From assembly GCA_964200075.2 (NCBI GenBank), contig CAXNAA020000003.1, forward strand, positions 1 through 57,590: a DNA stretch of 57,590 nt, read 5' to 3'. Every line of letters begins with the position of its first letter. Position 1 is the first letter of the stretch. Source of the DNA: Sphacelaria rigidula (lineage: Eukaryota). A program made the translations under genes and the position numbers. Under the pieces are notes generated by a model. The model did no database searches and was not told where the DNA came from. It worked only from the letters and a program-made list of their open reading frames with translations. Below, one piece after another: positions 26,601 to 41,600 of this stretch.

Positions 26601-29600
26601 TTACCATTATAATTATAGTAGCCAGTTAGAACTGGCACCATTTCCGAGCTCTGATAATGCGAGCTTCTACGAGTCAAGGACACTGTAGTTTTACAGGCTT
26701 TTGTGCAGGTGACGTGCGTCACTGACGGTACTCCACAGGCATCGTAGGTAAGGTAGGTATCCGGTACCAGTACTTGGGACATCTCATACCCTACCGATAC
26801 CCGTCCAATCGTGGATTTTAAAGGTTATACCTACGATACCCACGATTCCACGGTATTCCGATATTTCCATATCTACCGTACCCGCTCGATCGGGTACTTT
26901 CAAAACTCATACCTACGATACCCACGATACCGCGGTATTTCGAGGTTTCAATACCTACCGTACCCGCCCAATCGGGTATTTTTGAATGTCGTACCTACGA
27001 TACCTACGATACCTACGATACCACGGTATTTCGAGATTTCAATACCTACCGTACCCGCTCAATCGGGTATTTTTCAAAACTCATACCTACGATACCTACG
27101 ATACCTACGATACCTACGATACCATGGTATTTCGAGAATTCAATAACTATCGTACCCGCTCACTCGGGTAATTTCAAAACTCATACCTAAGATACCTACG
27201 CATACCACGGTATGGGATACCCCGGTAAATACCGGGAGTATACCCGGGGATACCGGACGCGATGTACTCCCCACGGTGCAGCAGCTGGTCCCAACTTTTA
27301 TGCAAAGGCCAGAAGTTGTCGCACTAGGTACGTCTTGTTTTCACAAGTAATATATACCCAGATTCCCCCTGATTGACGTGTTTGGGTCAATTTGAATGAC
27401 TTCATTATTATGTAGTCTGACGTGCGGTTGATTTTTTCTCTCGATCTGATGAGTCCACCGCATTTCTGTTCTTAGAACGCTTTATCTTTAATATGTAATT
27501 AGTGGCGCGCGGAGAGAAACTGCAAAACAAAGTAGGTGAGCAGCTTCGATCGAAAACATACGGTCGAAACGCACGAAAAGGCACTTGACTAATATGTTAC
27601 GGACCACCACGTCAGATAACACCCGTTCACAGAACCATGCAAACTCCACCCAACTCATTCTCAACTACCATCCCAACCCTGCAGCATGGAGTACGAGTTG
27701 AGCACATAGAGATGGATACCCTGCAGTTGGGTATGCTTTGTGTATTTTTTGTTGGCAACAACTTGCGCATCTTCTTCCATGGTAAGATCAGCGACGGAAC
27801 TGCGTGGTACGGTGGGCAACCGAGTTGCGTACACGCTCATGAACAGTGCAGGCAGTACAAAGCTGCACGTTGTTGAAGTCCTTTTCACGTCTAGTTGCAA
27901 GCAGAGATAACTGATCGTCCTGGGTTGTCTGCACTGCACGTTGTCCGCTTCTCTTGAAAATCTTACTGCACGGAACACGCATACACGCACTCGAGACACA
28001 CTGCTTGAAAGCAGTGCAGACAGTACAGAATGTCTGTACTGTACACAAGTGACCATGTACCGTTTCACGAATTCCACCGTCTTTTTTCGGTCGAAAGCTT
28101 GAAAAATCGATTAGGCCCAACTCGACAAAAATGTGCAATTTTCGTTCAGCCAATTCCACCGCCATATTTTTTAGATTATATTTTTCGCAAAGACACGCCC
28201 TGAAACGCTTCTCCGCACTGCCGGATAACAGTTTTGTATTTGGTATGGAGGGTAAAGCAGGTACCCGGTACCGGTATTTGGGACATCTCATACTCTACCG
28301 ATACCGACTCAATCGGGTATATTCAAAACTCACACCTACGATGCCCACGATACCACGGTATTTCGAGATACCAGTACCTACCGTACCTGCCCAATCGGGT
28401 ATTTTCAACACTCATACCTACGATACCTATGATACCACGGTAATCCGAGCAACCAATACCTACCATACTCGCTCAATCGGGTATTTTCAAATCTCATGCC
28501 AACGACACCTACGATACCACGGTATCTCGAGATTTCAATACCTACCGTACCTGCTCAATCAGGTATTTTCAAAACTCATACCTACGATACCTACGCATAC
28601 CACGGTATGGGATACCCCGGTAAACACCAGGGGTACGGTCGGTACGGTACCTTACCTACGGTTTCTGTGCGGTACTCTAGGATGTGCTATCTCTCAAGTA
28701 TCTAGCTGTTAAGCATTGCTCGAGAGCGTGGATAGGGCTCACACTTTCGAACAGATGCAATTATTAAACCATCCACAACAAATTTCACAAAATTATCGAT
28801 CGACTCACGATTGAGCCTGCAACACCGCCCAGTTTATGTTCCGTCTTGAGCGGCTCTCATGTGAGCCGTCCCGACGAATATTATTTCTCCTATATCTGAT
28901 ATCGGGTGCTTCGAAGATCCGAACGGGCGGCGCAGGAAGACATCTTGGTTGATTTTGTATCAAATGCACACTCTGGACAATATGTGAGAAAGGCATATCG
29001 CTCGAGTGGTCAGAGACCTACGGGGGAGACTGCCGTCCTGATGCCGAAGGAACTCCGAGGCTGGCCACGATTTCCTCTTCTACATGTAGGCAAGAAGTAG
29101 GGTCAGACTAGGAGTGGTCGTCAGGGGTGACAAGGACCTTGGGGGATGTTGGACCGTCCTATATTAGGCTCTTTCTGGCATCACCCCGAGTTGTCTAGTA
29201 ACGTTGGCATTACAGGGTTCTCGGTAGTTTGGTTCTTCCGGACCGTTCCCACCTTGTCCCCGCTTGCGCTGGGTCTGCATACATGTGTGGAATCAGTCTC
29301 TGATATGTCATTGCAAAGAGGCATCCTCCACATTTCCCCCCCTTTATGCGCCTCAAGCCCATCGAGGCTATGGCTGGTGGGACGAGGCGATCATCAGCTT
29401 CGCTGATGATATAGTCATGGAGGTTCCTTTGAGTGACAATCATTGATGGAGTCACGCCACCACTTATCACAAACGTAACCCTTCTCTATACTGCGGTATT
29501 GAATAAACACCCCCAGAAATATTCACCTATATTTGGTCAGTAACAGTGCATGTATTCCAAACCCTCTAATTTGGATTTTTCTGCCATGTAGCTGTCATAT

Positions 29601-32600
29601 GTGACATATTTTCATTAGATGTATTTGCACTTGGGTGCTGGTTGCATCTGCTGGCATGCATGACTGGGCACTGGGACACTGATCGGTCCACGGGCGCCTG
29701 GGTTATTCCTGTCCGTGTTCTGAAAATCCTTTGGTTCCGCGGACACCGGAGTAGGGCTGAGTTCTCGGGTTAGTAACAATGCGGTGTAGAAGACATATTC
29801 ATGTACAAGACCCCCCTACGGGAGGTTGGTACGGGCCTCCCGGGGGTGACGCGAGTCGAAAATATATGGTTAAGATAGGTTGTTGTATCTCCATGTACAG
29901 TAGTGATCGTGGCTGTACAAAACATCGGATGATGGCTCCGGATAAGGTTGACCAACTTGAGTAACACGAATGGAAGATCGTACAATTGTTGGGCGGCAAT
30001 AATTTCGATATGTGTGGCATATGCGTAGCTGCTCATCAGCTGTGCACGTTGTGCATGACCTTGTCAAATCTGTTCAGAACCTATATTGAGAAATTATGAT
30101 TTTTGTGAGGCCGCTTCTCACAGACTGACAAAAGCCTCTGAGAGAAGTCATTCCGGACTACTTTTCTCAGAGACATTCAGTGAAATCAGTTTTCAAAACC
30201 CCACACTTCAGTTTGTAGAAAATCCTGGGGATTTGTACACCCGAGGCCATCATCAAGCCCGCGTGAAGACGGTGGTATATTATCGTGGTCATAATTTGCA
30301 TGTTGTGCTCGTCCCAACTGCGGTGAACTAATACGTAAATAATCCCGTCGAGGTACAGGATAGATGGGATGATAACACACACACACACACACACGCAGGC
30401 ACACGCACAGTAGCTGAAGGTATTAAAATAATCGAAATGACAGGCGTATCAACACTTGTTTCAGCCGACCGCCGCTTGGTATGGTTGTAGTGTCGCAAGC
30501 GGTGTAGTGTGTGCAGCATACGGTTTGTGCCATAACGCACACAACATACTCACTTGACAGTCAGTAGTGCGGTAGCAACCGTCTCAGTACACAGAATACT
30601 ACAGAGTTCGAAATCGGTGGCGGGCACGACGAGTATGACACGATGCGAGCAGTCAACACAGCCAGCATGAGCGTCATCGTGCTATTTTAGGGTGCGAAAG
30701 CTGTCGACGAAAAAGGCACTGTACTGTAATGTCTGTCCCCACGGTACTGTACATACAACATGCACGACTACTTTTGGACTGGCTGTACTACACTTGTAGG
30801 CGAGGAGTGTGTGATGGAACGTCAATTCCCAGACAGAAAAACGTCTCTGGGAATCGATGGCTTTTGCCAGAGAGATTCGGAAAAATCTCGTTGTCTGGGC
30901 ATTTATAAGTTTCCAGAGATTCGCTCCTCTCATCATGACATGGATGTGGAATATTTGTTATCAGAGGTGTCTCAAACTCGGCTCCCGGCATCCTGGTTTG
31001 TCGTGTCCTATTTTTTCAAGTGAAAGTGATGTTGATTCATCAGAAAATGAGACCCTTTGACCGCCAGGTCAGGTCCTCCCATGAATCGCGATCACTTTCA
31101 CTTGAAAAAATAGGACACCACTCAGAGTCAGCGAATAAACCAGTATTCCGGGAGCCGAGTTTGAGATACGTGAATATCAGATGTGACGCAATGCAAATCC
31201 AAGCCAGACCGTAACATGCAAATTTGTGTATGTGTTCATCTCTGCTATCGCATTCCCTATTACACGCCTCTCCTGATTTCCTCTGAAACCGTGCCATACG
31301 CAATGCCCGGAGCCTGTCCCTCTCGGTCCGACTCCGGAATTAGTGTAATATTTACCCCGATCGTGAATACACGATGTGATCCAAACAATCTCAATCTCCG
31401 AGACTGACCTATTTGTTTGCATCGACTGTTCCACAATTAATTGCCCTCACATTAGCCTAGATTGTTTACTTTCGTACCCGTTCCACAAGCCTCAGATCCC
31501 GCTACGCTCCCATCTGTGGGGTGAAGCAAAGGGTGTAAAACAATCGTTTTCGATCGAAAACATGCGGTCGAAAGGCACGAAGCGGCGCTTCACTCCTATC
31601 TTATAGATTACCACGCAAGATGACACCTGTTCACAGGACCATGCAACCTCCATCCAACTCATTCTCAGCTACTTAGCCATAACTTCCGCTCGGGTGCGTT
31701 AGTCGTCAGTGCACGTGCATGTAATTACTCTTGTGTTCCGGGAGAAACACCTGAGCTCTCCGAACCCATTGTTACGGATTTACTGTGCTGCACTATCTTG
31801 TTTCGAAAATGAATATTATAGAGTAGAAACCCCCGAGCCGTCCAACCCCATGGTTACGAACTTAATAAACTGTACGGTCTTGTTTCGAAAACAAATAGTA
31901 CAGTCTGTGGTGTTGCCAGATGATATCGCCTAGCTACCTACCTACCTACCTAGCCATATATCCAGCAGACGGTCCACGAGGGAAAGGCAGTGCTGTTCAT
32001 CAGTCAGGCCGCTTCTTATAGACTGAAAAACAGTCTGTCTGAAAACTGCCCTTTTGAACCTTTCATCACGGATTATTGGCGGAGTACGGGCCTTGGCGGA
32101 TTTGGCCTCCTCGGAAAGATTTGCTCGATTTTTCACGAGGATTCCAGCCCGCTTGTCCGATATTTCGTACTCCCAGTTTTCCTCTTGGCCAGATTCTGGA
32201 TTTTTTCAGTTAGTTTGAAGTATTTGACCACGACAGCCGGTCACCTGCTGACGAGGCATGGATATCTACTATTTTCATCTTATCATCAACAGAGGTATAT
32301 CCAACTTTGCTCTCGGTTTCTTGGTTTATTCGCTGGCTCTTTGTTTAATTTTTTTCAGTCCGAGTTTGAGATACAACTATTAATAATTTAAACATGCTTT
32401 CGTGGAGTGTTTAATAGATATGGCGGTGGTAAATGTTTCTTCCCCAACTATTGTGATGCGTTGAACACCAGGTCAACACCCGAATAAACGTCTCTTGAAA
32501 ATGGTCAGTTGGACTGTATAATAATATCACGGTAGGTGCAGCCTTGTATACAGGACTATTTCTACCTCACCTGTTAATAGTATGTCCATATTACAGGAGA

Positions 32601-35600
32601 GTGCATTCGTACTACAGATTCATGTTCAAAAGGTGTAGCTCTGCATGCAGGGCTTTTATAAACTGTTGCTACCAAGGTAAACTGACAGTTCAACAAATAG
32701 CTCTGCATTCAGGATGAACAGTGTTGTAGTGAGCTTGAGAGTAGATACTATACAGTGAAAACGTAAAGCGGTCAATCAATGAATGACTTATTTCAAATCC
32801 TAAATGCACTTCCACCACGCACTGCATGCTATCTGTGGTAGCTTGTCACCGATGCCCTTCATATCCCTCAGTATGATGTCGACGTGTCGCTGAATGCAAA
32901 CGCCGGTGATAGGAGCAAAAAAGAGAACATACGGAATGAATGTTTGCCCAAGTGGAAGCGAACGATCGAAGGTACTTTTAATTGGCGCCCTACTCTCGAC
33001 TCATAGCACTCATGCCGACAACCGATGAACAATATCGATAATCACACTGTGAAGAAATACCCCGCCATGAACACGCTTTTGTGGTTCTAGTTCATGTTTT
33101 GAGTTTTGCTCGATCTTGAGGAGGCTTTTGTGGTTCGGGATCGGGACCCCGGGAAATAGAGCTAGTGTGGACAACTTTCGATGCCCAGAACACGCGCCAC
33201 CGGTATCACATGACATCTAAACCTCACAGGTGATGTACCGCTGCACCTTCTTTGTGCACTGCAAAAAAAAGCGCGGTATAAGATGCTTTGCCGCCGGAGA
33301 AAACTCGGCAAAAGTGGCAAAAAACGCGAAATGATACATGTACATATATATATATATATACAAGGTTCCCCTTCGGGAGTTTGACACGGGCCTCTCGGGG
33401 GTGACGCAAGTCGATAATATCAAATATACTTCGTATGCCTTCTCAGTGCGCTGCAAAAGAAAGCGTGGGAAAAAATGCCTTGCTGGCAGAGAAAACTCGG
33501 CAAAAGCGGTGAAAATATGGAATGATACATGTACATTATACACTTGGGTTGAATGAAGGGAGAAAAAGCGCGCGAGTCATCGCTTTGTCCCCTTCGATCG
33601 AGCAGGTATATATTACCCTCCGCGAAAATAAATAGACGCGGACAAACAAACACAACTAATGAGGGAGCCTCCAATTACAGAACGATGTTTTTGTGAGATT
33701 GAGAGTAGAGGATACGATTGAGAAGGAAAAGCGATCAATTAGTGATTTAATCGTTTTAGTTCCGAAATATCCCTCCGCGAGGCCCTTACCGAAGAAGCGG
33801 GCTAACTCACAGTTATTAACCTGTGAAGTACAAGCGCAGATATGTCCCTGTGAAGTCAGTGTTGCGCCGAAAGGCAAAAAAATCGGAACAAAATCTCACC
33901 GTTTCGCCCTCTAGTGCGCACTGCTGCAGCGCACAGCAGCAGATATAGCGACTTGGAACTGTTGGCTGTGGTTTGCACAGCCTATGAGCGATGTTTAAGC
34001 GCCTCGCAGCGGCTGCAGCGCGCTGAGGGCCGTGCGCCATGAAGTGCGCAGCTCTACAGACTGTATGCCGATCGGTGCACTACATATGGTCATGATGCAG
34101 AAAGGGCCGCAGTACAGACCGGTGCCAGTTTGCCACCACATCGGCCGTCCAGCCGCTCAACATGTCTAAGTTCATGTATCTGCGCATGTATATATGCATT
34201 CGCCTGTAGTGCGACACTGGTAGACCTAAAGAAATGTACATGAACAACGATTGGTACTCGATTTGACTTGGTTTCAGACTGAAGAAAGTTATGAGAAAAG
34301 TCATGATCTGAAGCAGGTGAGCAGTGGTGAGCAGTAGAACCAGGTCGTCCAGAACGTGTTTCGGTTCAAAATCGACTCAAAGGCGTTGATTTGAGCTCTG
34401 GAAAGGCGTCGATTTGAGTTCTCGCAACGCACGCTGTAGCTAAGAAAGTGCACCCCCCTTGCCCGAGAGTTCTCGGTATGCCTTGATCTATGTTAGTGCT
34501 AGGGTTAGGGTTGGAGTTGGTAGCATCGACATTGTACCAACCATTGTTTACGTATTTTCTTTAGGTCCCCTCTGTGAAGTTTTTGTGCCGGTATGAATCC
34601 TTGTCACAAGGACATTCCTGAGCCGGTACTTTACACAGGTGCATCCTTTGAGGGAACTCTCTGTTACGGGTTGCATGACCACAGGGATTTTGTCACCCCC
34701 CTGCGCTTGTCGAGCACAGCTGACCCACAGTGAGGAGGTATGCCCACGTGTGTGCCTTGTTCAACTCGCCAACGGCTCATTGCACGGTCTTGTTTTTGCT
34801 GCTGACTAAGGCGAAGGCAATGTTCAATTGTCTTCAACTGCTTTGCTTCCATGTTCTCCTGACATTTGCTGCATAACCACTGTCTTCGTGCTCCTGAATC
34901 AACAAGAACGCAAAGAGGCTTTTGTCGTTTAGATTCCTCTTTGAAGATTTCCATCATCTTGAAGAGGCCTTTGTGGTTCGCGATCGACACCCCGCGAAAA
35001 GGAGCCAGTGTGGGCGACTTTCGATGGCCAGAACACGCGTCACAGGTACCAGATGACACCCAAACCTGGAAGGTAATGTACCGCTGCACCTTTTTCGCGC
35101 ACTGCAATATAAAGCCCGTGATAAGATGCCTTGCCGCCTGAGGAAACTCGGCAAAAGTGGTGGAAAAAGTGAAATGATACATGTACATATATCTTTTACT
35201 TGTGAGCGTTGTGTTTTTTTGGCTAAACACCGTCAAAATGCTTCTTGTATTGTGTAAAAAAAAACTGCATGTGTGACACATTTTTTATGGGATGCGTTTG
35301 AACTTTGGTGCAGGTTGCATCAGTTAGGTATGCCTGACTAGGCACTGGGACACCGACTGGTCTACGGGCCCTTGCGGTATTCCTGCCCGGGTTCTGGGAT
35401 GTTTTCGGTTCCACTGACACCGGAGTATAGAACAAAGTCCTCTCGTTAGTACCAAAGGGGTGGGTCTGATGTTGATCTTGCGAGCCTTGTGCTCTTTGGT
35501 AAAACATCGACATGTTCTTTGCTTCGTATCATTTTGTGGCATATAAGTGTGTCCCATGTGATCTATTTCCGCCTGATGCGTTGCACTTTAGTGCTGGATG

Positions 35601-38600
35601 CATCTGCTGTCTCTACATGCCTGGGCACTGGGATCCTCATCGGTCCACGGGCGCCTGGGTTTTTCATGTCCGGGTTCTGGGATACCTTCGGTTCCGCTGA
35701 CACCGAAATATGACAACGTCCTCGTCTTCGTAACAAAGCGGTGGGTATGATGTTTATCATGCGAGCCTTGTGCTCTTTGGTGAAACATCATCGAAACGAC
35801 TTTTGCCTCTTGTCAGCACTACCCCGATTGCTGAGAGGTTATCTTCTTTGGGAAGTTACACTTCAGTCACCGTTGACATGACAGATATTTTCCCGTTCAT
35901 GTCTGTATGTTCTAACGCCGTTTTTGTTTTGTTTTCTTCTCTTGTGACTCTCCTTGATCTCCGAATCGTGACCCCGGGCTACTGCTCAACCCTTGAGCGT
36001 TTTGCTAGGACGCTCGAACAGTATGTTGCACAGTCACATCCGTTTCCCTTACCTGATATTTTCGGATTTTGACTCCGGATGTGAGCGCTTTGCTAACCCG
36101 TTGTCATGACGGTATATATCGAGGAGGCGTCTACCTTGTGGTGTTTCGTCAACCTCGATAGGTCAGGTCAGCTGCTGGGCTTTAGCTTTTGAGTCTCATT
36201 TATCTCCGAATTTTGACCTCAGGTTACTGCTCAACCCTTGAGCGTTTTGCGAGGACCCTCGAACAGTCTGTTGAACAGTCAGATCCGTTTCCGTTTCCCT
36301 GTAGTTTTGGATTCCGAGTCCGGATGTGAGCATTCAGCCAACCCCTTGTCAAATTCCGGTGCTGGCGTTGTTTCTCGCGGGTGATAATTCTTCAAATGAG
36401 CGAGATGTACTGACGTTTTTCTAGAGTCGTCGCCTATTTCGAGTATGTACACAAGCGGCGATCGTCTCTCGGTCATCATGAAAGATCCTCTCCATGGTGA
36501 TTGGAGTCCTGGTATGGTGGGTACAAAAGTACCTTTTGACCGGGTGTGAACACTGGGGAAAATTGGAATCTGGTCTTGTTTTCTTGCTCGTTCGCTCTTT
36601 CTCGTAGGACTTGTCTCGCAATTTCAAATCCAAACCGTAGGTTTTCCCGTGTTTCTTTGGAAACTTCTTCGGGTGTTGCTGCTTGGCTCTCTTCAGGTAT
36701 GCCGAGTATAATGTCAATCGGTAATCTGGGCTGTCTTCCGAACAACAAAAAATATGGTCTCTTGTACTGTATTGTGAAATGAAGTGTTGTACGCCATTTG
36801 GACGAATGGAAGCACGGATACCCAGTTTTTATTCCCGATTGACACATGCATAGCTAACATCGCGTGCATAGTGGAGTGGATTCTTTCCGACACTGAATTA
36901 TCTTGCGGGCGTAGCGGTGTCGTGCGAGTTTGATTGAAACCTAACTCCTGTTGCAGTGCGTGTTTTAGATCGCTCTCAAATTCCGCTCTTTAATTCGAAC
37001 GCAGCTTTCCCGGGATGCCAAATGTAGTCAAGACTCTGTCAAAAAGGGTTTTGGCTATATTGATGTGGTCTGTTTTTCCGGCACCGCAATGAGCAAAGCA
37101 TACCTTGTGAGGTGGTCCAATACGAACAGTACCTATTTACCTAGTACTCCAGCGTTTGACATGGAAGTTGTTTTGCATTTGACTAGGTTTACCGACACTC
37201 TCTCGTATGGCCGTGCTACCGGAACGTGTCCCATCGGCACATTCTGGCCCGTTGACTGACAGCTCTCGGTCACTTTGCACTGGCTTCAAACGGTGAAGCT
37301 TATCAGCTGATATTTGGCGGTAATGTGTGGTGCAGCCATTTGCAGCGCATGGTTTTTTGGCACGTTACCACATATTTGGGTAAGCGGCGGTTTGATTTCA
37401 GCTTTTCGTCGCTTTGGAGTAGCGCAAACCGCCGTGAGAGAATGTCCGCCATATCATTTTAACTAGTTCTGCCATTTCACTTTTGTGGTGGCATACTGCA
37501 TTTTTTGTGAGAGACTGGAGCAGGTTTAGAACATTTCACCGCGACTTTATAACAGTATGTTATTTCAGTGTGTTGTATTTTGTGACCCTTGTTGTTTTTG
37601 ATGCAAAGCTTCGATCTTTATTCTGGAACCAAGATGTTCGTTCTCCCGTCTGCCAGTTGAGTACAGAGTATGACTTTGAAGGCACTCATAATGGAGTTGT
37701 CTAGTAGTAGACAATCCGGCCCCAGATTAGGTAATACAAACGATTCTGCTGGTCGGGTTTTTATCCCCAACGTAACCTCGAAATGAATAAACCCTAGGAC
37801 TTTTTATGGGGGAACCGTCCGCGCTTCTGAGATCGATGGCCTGGTGTTCATCTATGAACTTTTGCTGATACACGGTACATCTGCTGCGGAGTCGATTGTG
37901 ATTTTTTGCAGCGAGGGTACCGTTTACTCTGGCTGCGACTCTAACGCGGGCTGATGCACAGGATAGCGCTAGGGCGCATCTGTATACCTGGCGGGTGATG
38001 GTGCGTTGTATGAGTCATAACAGTGATCGTCCAAAATCGGGTTGCAAACGGGAGACTGGTGTTTCGATTTGGAATCAACAGCCCCTGCTTATAACATTGC
38101 TGTTTTTCTGGCTGCCAGTTGAACATGTGTCAGCGCGGAATGTAACGTTACCGATTCATTGGGGTACGGCGGAGAATGTAGCATGATGAGAGCCTCAACA
38201 AGCGGAGCTTCAATTCCGACGACAATGGCTCTTTGTGTGGTGTATTGCTTTTTCCACGGCTGCTCTGATGGCTGCTTAGGAACCAACTCTCACCGTGCTC
38301 TCTTCAGCTTCTGCTGCTGGTATGTACTTTCACACCACAACTGACGGCTGTTTTGGTGCCCCTCTGGAGGAGTGAGATACTGTACTGACCAAGAAACCCG
38401 CATTCCTCCGATATGCTTTCTTCACCAGACGGTTGACACTTTTCTCCCTTTCATGCGTGATGAGGTGTGGGATCTTGAATTGTCTGTACTTTTCAACTTT
38501 TTTCAGCTTGTGCGCTGGGATTCGGACCATCCGATACACCTCCTTCTTTCGCTCGCTACATGGTAGGGAATGACAAGGTCGTGCATTCGCAGGTTGGGTA

Positions 38601-41600
38601 AATTTGTTTGTTAGTGCTATTTCGAGTCATTGCGTTTCCAGAGGTCGGCTTGCTTGATTAATTTGCCTTACCTTTCGCGCGATGATGGTGAAAGGTCGGT
38701 AAATAAGTATGGACTCGCTGTTTAATCAGCCATTCTGATGACATGTAATGTACACTGACGAGACTAATTTCGCGTTTTCGCTGTTTGACTAGCCATACAG
38801 GTGACATATACTGCACCCTGAGGCGTCTAACTTCGCGTCCCGCTCTTTAATTAGTCATGCGGGTGACGTGTAAATGCACATTGAGGGAGCTAATTTCGCG
38901 CTGACCCAACATATGGCTCCAATAACCTCCCACCTCGAATATTTATGCATCTGACCCATATGTTTCACCTGGAGTAGCGTTCCTTAGGGTACCCCAGTGT
39001 TTCCGATGTAGGGGAGCAGTCGGTTCTCGTCCCAATTCTTCACTTCGAAGGCCTGTCTTGCTTGAGTTCTGTTCTGGTGTCGCCAGAGTGAGGAAGGCGT
39101 ATCGCTCGAGTGGTCAGAGACCTACGGGGGAGACTGCCGTCCTGATGCCGAAGGAACACCGATGCTGGCCACGATTTCCTCTTCTATATGTAGGCAAGAA
39201 GTAGGGTCAGACTAGGAGTGGTCGCTAGGGGTGACAAGGACCTTGGGGGATGTTGGACCGTCCTATATTAGGCTCTTTCTGGCATCACCCCGAGTTGTCT
39301 AGTAACGTCGGCATTACAGGGTTCTCGGTAGTTTGGTTTTTCCGGACCGTTCCCACCTTGTCCCCGCTTGCGCTGGGTCTGCATACATGTGTGGCATCAG
39401 TCTCTGATATGTCACTGCAAAGAGGTATCCTCCACAAATGGACACAATAGTAGTCCATCGCTTCAGCAATAGATACGGGAAAAAACCTATCGGTATATAT
39501 AATCGAAAACGGTAGATGGTGAAACACATCTATTGATATTTAAAGCAAAGGACAATTGATGTTGCAACAATAATTTCATGATTGAACGCGCAGTCACAGG
39601 CGAGAAATCCACAACCCAAGTTGCACCGAAAAATGATGGTTGACCGTAGGAAAGTACTCAAATATACATGAGATGCGGTTACGCCTTGATTACGCCGCAT
39701 ATCAAATGCGATTACGTAGTATTGCGGTACGAGTACTGTCTGTAGACCGTACATTGCATCAGCGTGTCATATTGCACTTCATGTAGTGGTCATGACGGAG
39801 TTTTCAATTTTTAAACCCATCAGCTGCGCCGCCAGACATGGATGCAAACAATCGTGCCGTTCTCCCTTGCTTCGGAAGCGATTGAGATTATTCTTTTTCA
39901 GGCAGATTGCACCCTTCATATACTACGCCCTAGTCGTGGTGATGCGCTGAAACGCGAAGCGTGGTCGCTACCTATCGTCGTACAATGGGGGCCGCAAGGC
40001 ACTCCTACCGAGAAACACCATGCACACCACAGAACGCGGGATATTATCACGCTCTCAGCCTGCAACTTGTACCGACGATCCAGCCTTGAACATAGCTTTT
40101 CAGATATTATGCCGTGTGTTGGGCCGTAGGTTGTCCCTCTGGGGCACCTCGCTCGTGTGAACCACACCTACGTTGCGGATGATCCTAGTTGATGATTTAC
40201 ATAATGATTCTTGTATGCGAAAATCGGTACACATTCGACTTTCTTTTTCTTTTGGCACAGCATTGTGCCATTATTAATAGATTTGGTGAGCCGTCGAACG
40301 ATAGTCATTGCCTACATCAATAGATTAGGTGAGCCGCCTATCAATACCGATTACCGTCATCAAAAGATTTGGTGAGCCGTCTACCGGTAGTCTCTGCCGC
40401 AAACGAAGCATTTTTGGGTATCGATCAATATGGTCATTGCCGTCCACAATCGAGTGTCTCGGGAGCACCTATCGATAGCCAGAGATGCAAACGATAGGTT
40501 TTGGCCAATATATTGCTCACTGCAGTGGTCTTATAATATCAACGGCAATACCCCTCACACATGAACACGCAACTACCTGAAGCGATAGCTGGTCATAGCT
40601 TCTGTGGAATGAGGTGGAAACATCCACCGAAACATGTGCATGCATCGCTAGTGACCGACGCCATTCAGCTACTTTTGTGGTCAGCAATAGATATTGGTGG
40701 CCGTGATTCAGATTGCACTGTGACCAGCGATATACATTGGTGGCCGCCACTCAGATGATATTGTGACTCTCGATAGACATTGGTGGGCACAATTAATCCT
40801 ATTGTGGCCAACAATATGTATTGGTGGCCGCGTGGCAGATCCTATTGTGATTAGCAATAGACATCGGTGACCATAATCCAGAGCCGATTGAAACAAATAA
40901 AATGCATCGAGAGACAACGTGGCCCCTCCATTGTCACGGCAATGATACATTCTATCCCTTGTCCCGAATCTATTGTAGCCTACAAAAGCTATCGATAGAC
41001 TTCAATGCCTCTCGATTATGACTGACGATGAACATTGACAGTCAAACTTTCGGAGCCATTACAGCGGCAATGTTCTAATACATAGTCTAATGTCAAGAGT
41101 ATTAGCACATCTCACCCACACACAAAGCACTGTAAGCGCTCATGTCCAGAGGGTCAACCATAAGTACCAACACTACACCAACAACAAAACTTGTAAAATT
41201 TTGTCCACACATGATTCAGATTCCTCCAAAACACAAGCGTTTCAAAATTGTAGAAAGGTAACATCATATATTCACAAGTAGTAGCATCACACACCCACTG
41301 CATGTCAATCTGCGACTTCTCTACCGTACCTTAACGGAGTGTAATATGCTCTAGACGTGGTATGTTGCGATGCAGGTGTGGTAATAGACGACAGATAATA
41401 TATCGGTAGGCATTGTATACCACAATAGATTCTGGTATGTATCTATCGATATTCATTGCCGCCATGCATATATTTTTGTACAGAATCTATCAATAGCGAT
41501 TGCCGCCATCACTAGATTTGGTATACGGTACAATCTTTCGATAACCATCGTCGTCATCAAAAGATTTGACACGCGGTCTATAAATAGATATTGCCGTCAT

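Larger units (their letters stand above)
28983..39436 (-). mobile_element. Decayed Ty3/Gypsy-type LTR retrotransposon with nested insertions
   Basis: ~350-bp direct repeats at 28983-29332 and ~39087-39436 (minus strand TGTGGAGG...). PBS-like TGGCGACACC follows the right copy and PPT GGGGGGGAAA precedes the left copy. Integrase remnants lie inside. Flanks AATA/AATG are only an imperfect TSD. Confidence 0.8.

Noticed and set aside
34497-34522. TAGGGTTAGGGTT as an interstitial telomere
   Set aside because: Only about two units; compatible with chance or TE-internal sequence.
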